A DNA stretch of 64,000 bases from positions 1 to 64,000 of IMG/VR virus record IMGVR_UViG_3300003323_000990; one strand, given 5' to 3'. A program made the position numbers and the translations under genes. This DNA is from a virus. Of the stretch, positions 63,788-64,000 are shown piece after piece (position 1 is the stretch's first letter; every line of letters starts with the position of its first letter). The notes under the pieces were generated by a model. The model ran no database searches. It was not told the origin of the DNA and saw only the letters and a program-made list of their open reading frames with translations.

Positions 63788-64000
63788 ATGCAGTACAGCC
63801 CAAAATTAAAGAAAGTAGCTGAAGAAATAAAAGAAATCCTTAAAAGAGAGGATATAAATGCGATAGTTTGCTTAGCTCATGAAACCCATGCAGAATATGT
63901 TTTTGAAATAAGTAATAATGGCAGTTGTGCAAGCTGGGATGAAATTACAGGAGAGTTAAGAGTAAAGGCTTTAAGGGCCGACTTTAATAGTCAAAAAGAG
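63788..64000 (+). CDS. hypothetical protein, 5' partial (runs off the window)
   Basis: ATG at 63788, 1 nt after the upstream stop. Open for 71 codons to the window end. Confidence 0.5.
   Translation, partial: MQYSPKLKKVAEEIKEILKREDINAIVCLAHETHAEYVFEISNNGSCASWDEITGELRVKALRADFNSQKE

Noticed and set aside
1-64000. Search by eye for tRNA genes, CRISPR arrays, integrase/att sites, reverse transcriptase (DGR or retron) and inteins
   Set aside because: No cloverleaf-like sequences in the noncoding gaps, and no repeat-spacer arrays. No recombinase or RT motifs in any listed ORF. TerL, DnaB, polymerase and RecA all have normal uninterrupted lengths.

Overview
AT-rich, densely coding 64-kb segment of a contractile-tailed dsDNA phage genome. 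No integrase, att site, tRNA, rRNA or CRISPR array was recognised. All family calls come from reading motifs in the supplied translations; no database search was run.

Layout:
- 93-3008, minus strand: small accessory block that includes a DUF1643-like gene.
- 3015-4666: C5-cytosine methyltransferase-like gene and an amidase endolysin.
- 4869-31003: one long late operon. Order is membrane protein, TerL, portal, protease/scaffold, decoration protein, major capsid, head-tail genes, sheath, tube, chaperone with a -1 frameshift, tape measure, LysM protein, gpD/gpV/gpW/gpJ/gpI baseplate, fibres.
- 31000-31653, minus strand: a lone sigma-like gene.
- 31790-50033: replication, nucleotide-metabolism and recombination module. 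It holds DnaB-like helicase, primase, SF2 helicase, an all-alpha NTP pyrophosphatase, two ThyA-fold proteins, dCMP deaminase, family A polymerase, dNK-like kinase, RecA, FEN, GroES, Mre11/Rad50 and an Hjc-like nuclease.
- 50033-64000: a NusG-like gene and many small early-type ORFs, separated by a repeated terminator-promoter cassette. This part also holds a second, isolated fibre module encoding a 1345-aa signal-peptide-bearing beta-helix protein.

Host inference: Shine-Dalgarno sequences are nearly absent and a TAnnTTTG-like element recurs, which points to a Bacteroidota (Flavobacteriia-like) host.

Most interesting candidates:
- A T4-style cytosine-replacement nucleotide pathway with an extra divergent ThyA-fold paralogue.
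- The repeated terminator-promoter cassette family.
- A canonical T_TTT_TTC -1 frameshift site in the tail chaperone gene.
- A protein with 52 consecutive Asp/Glu residues.
- A phage-encoded NusG-like plus sigma-like transcription set.
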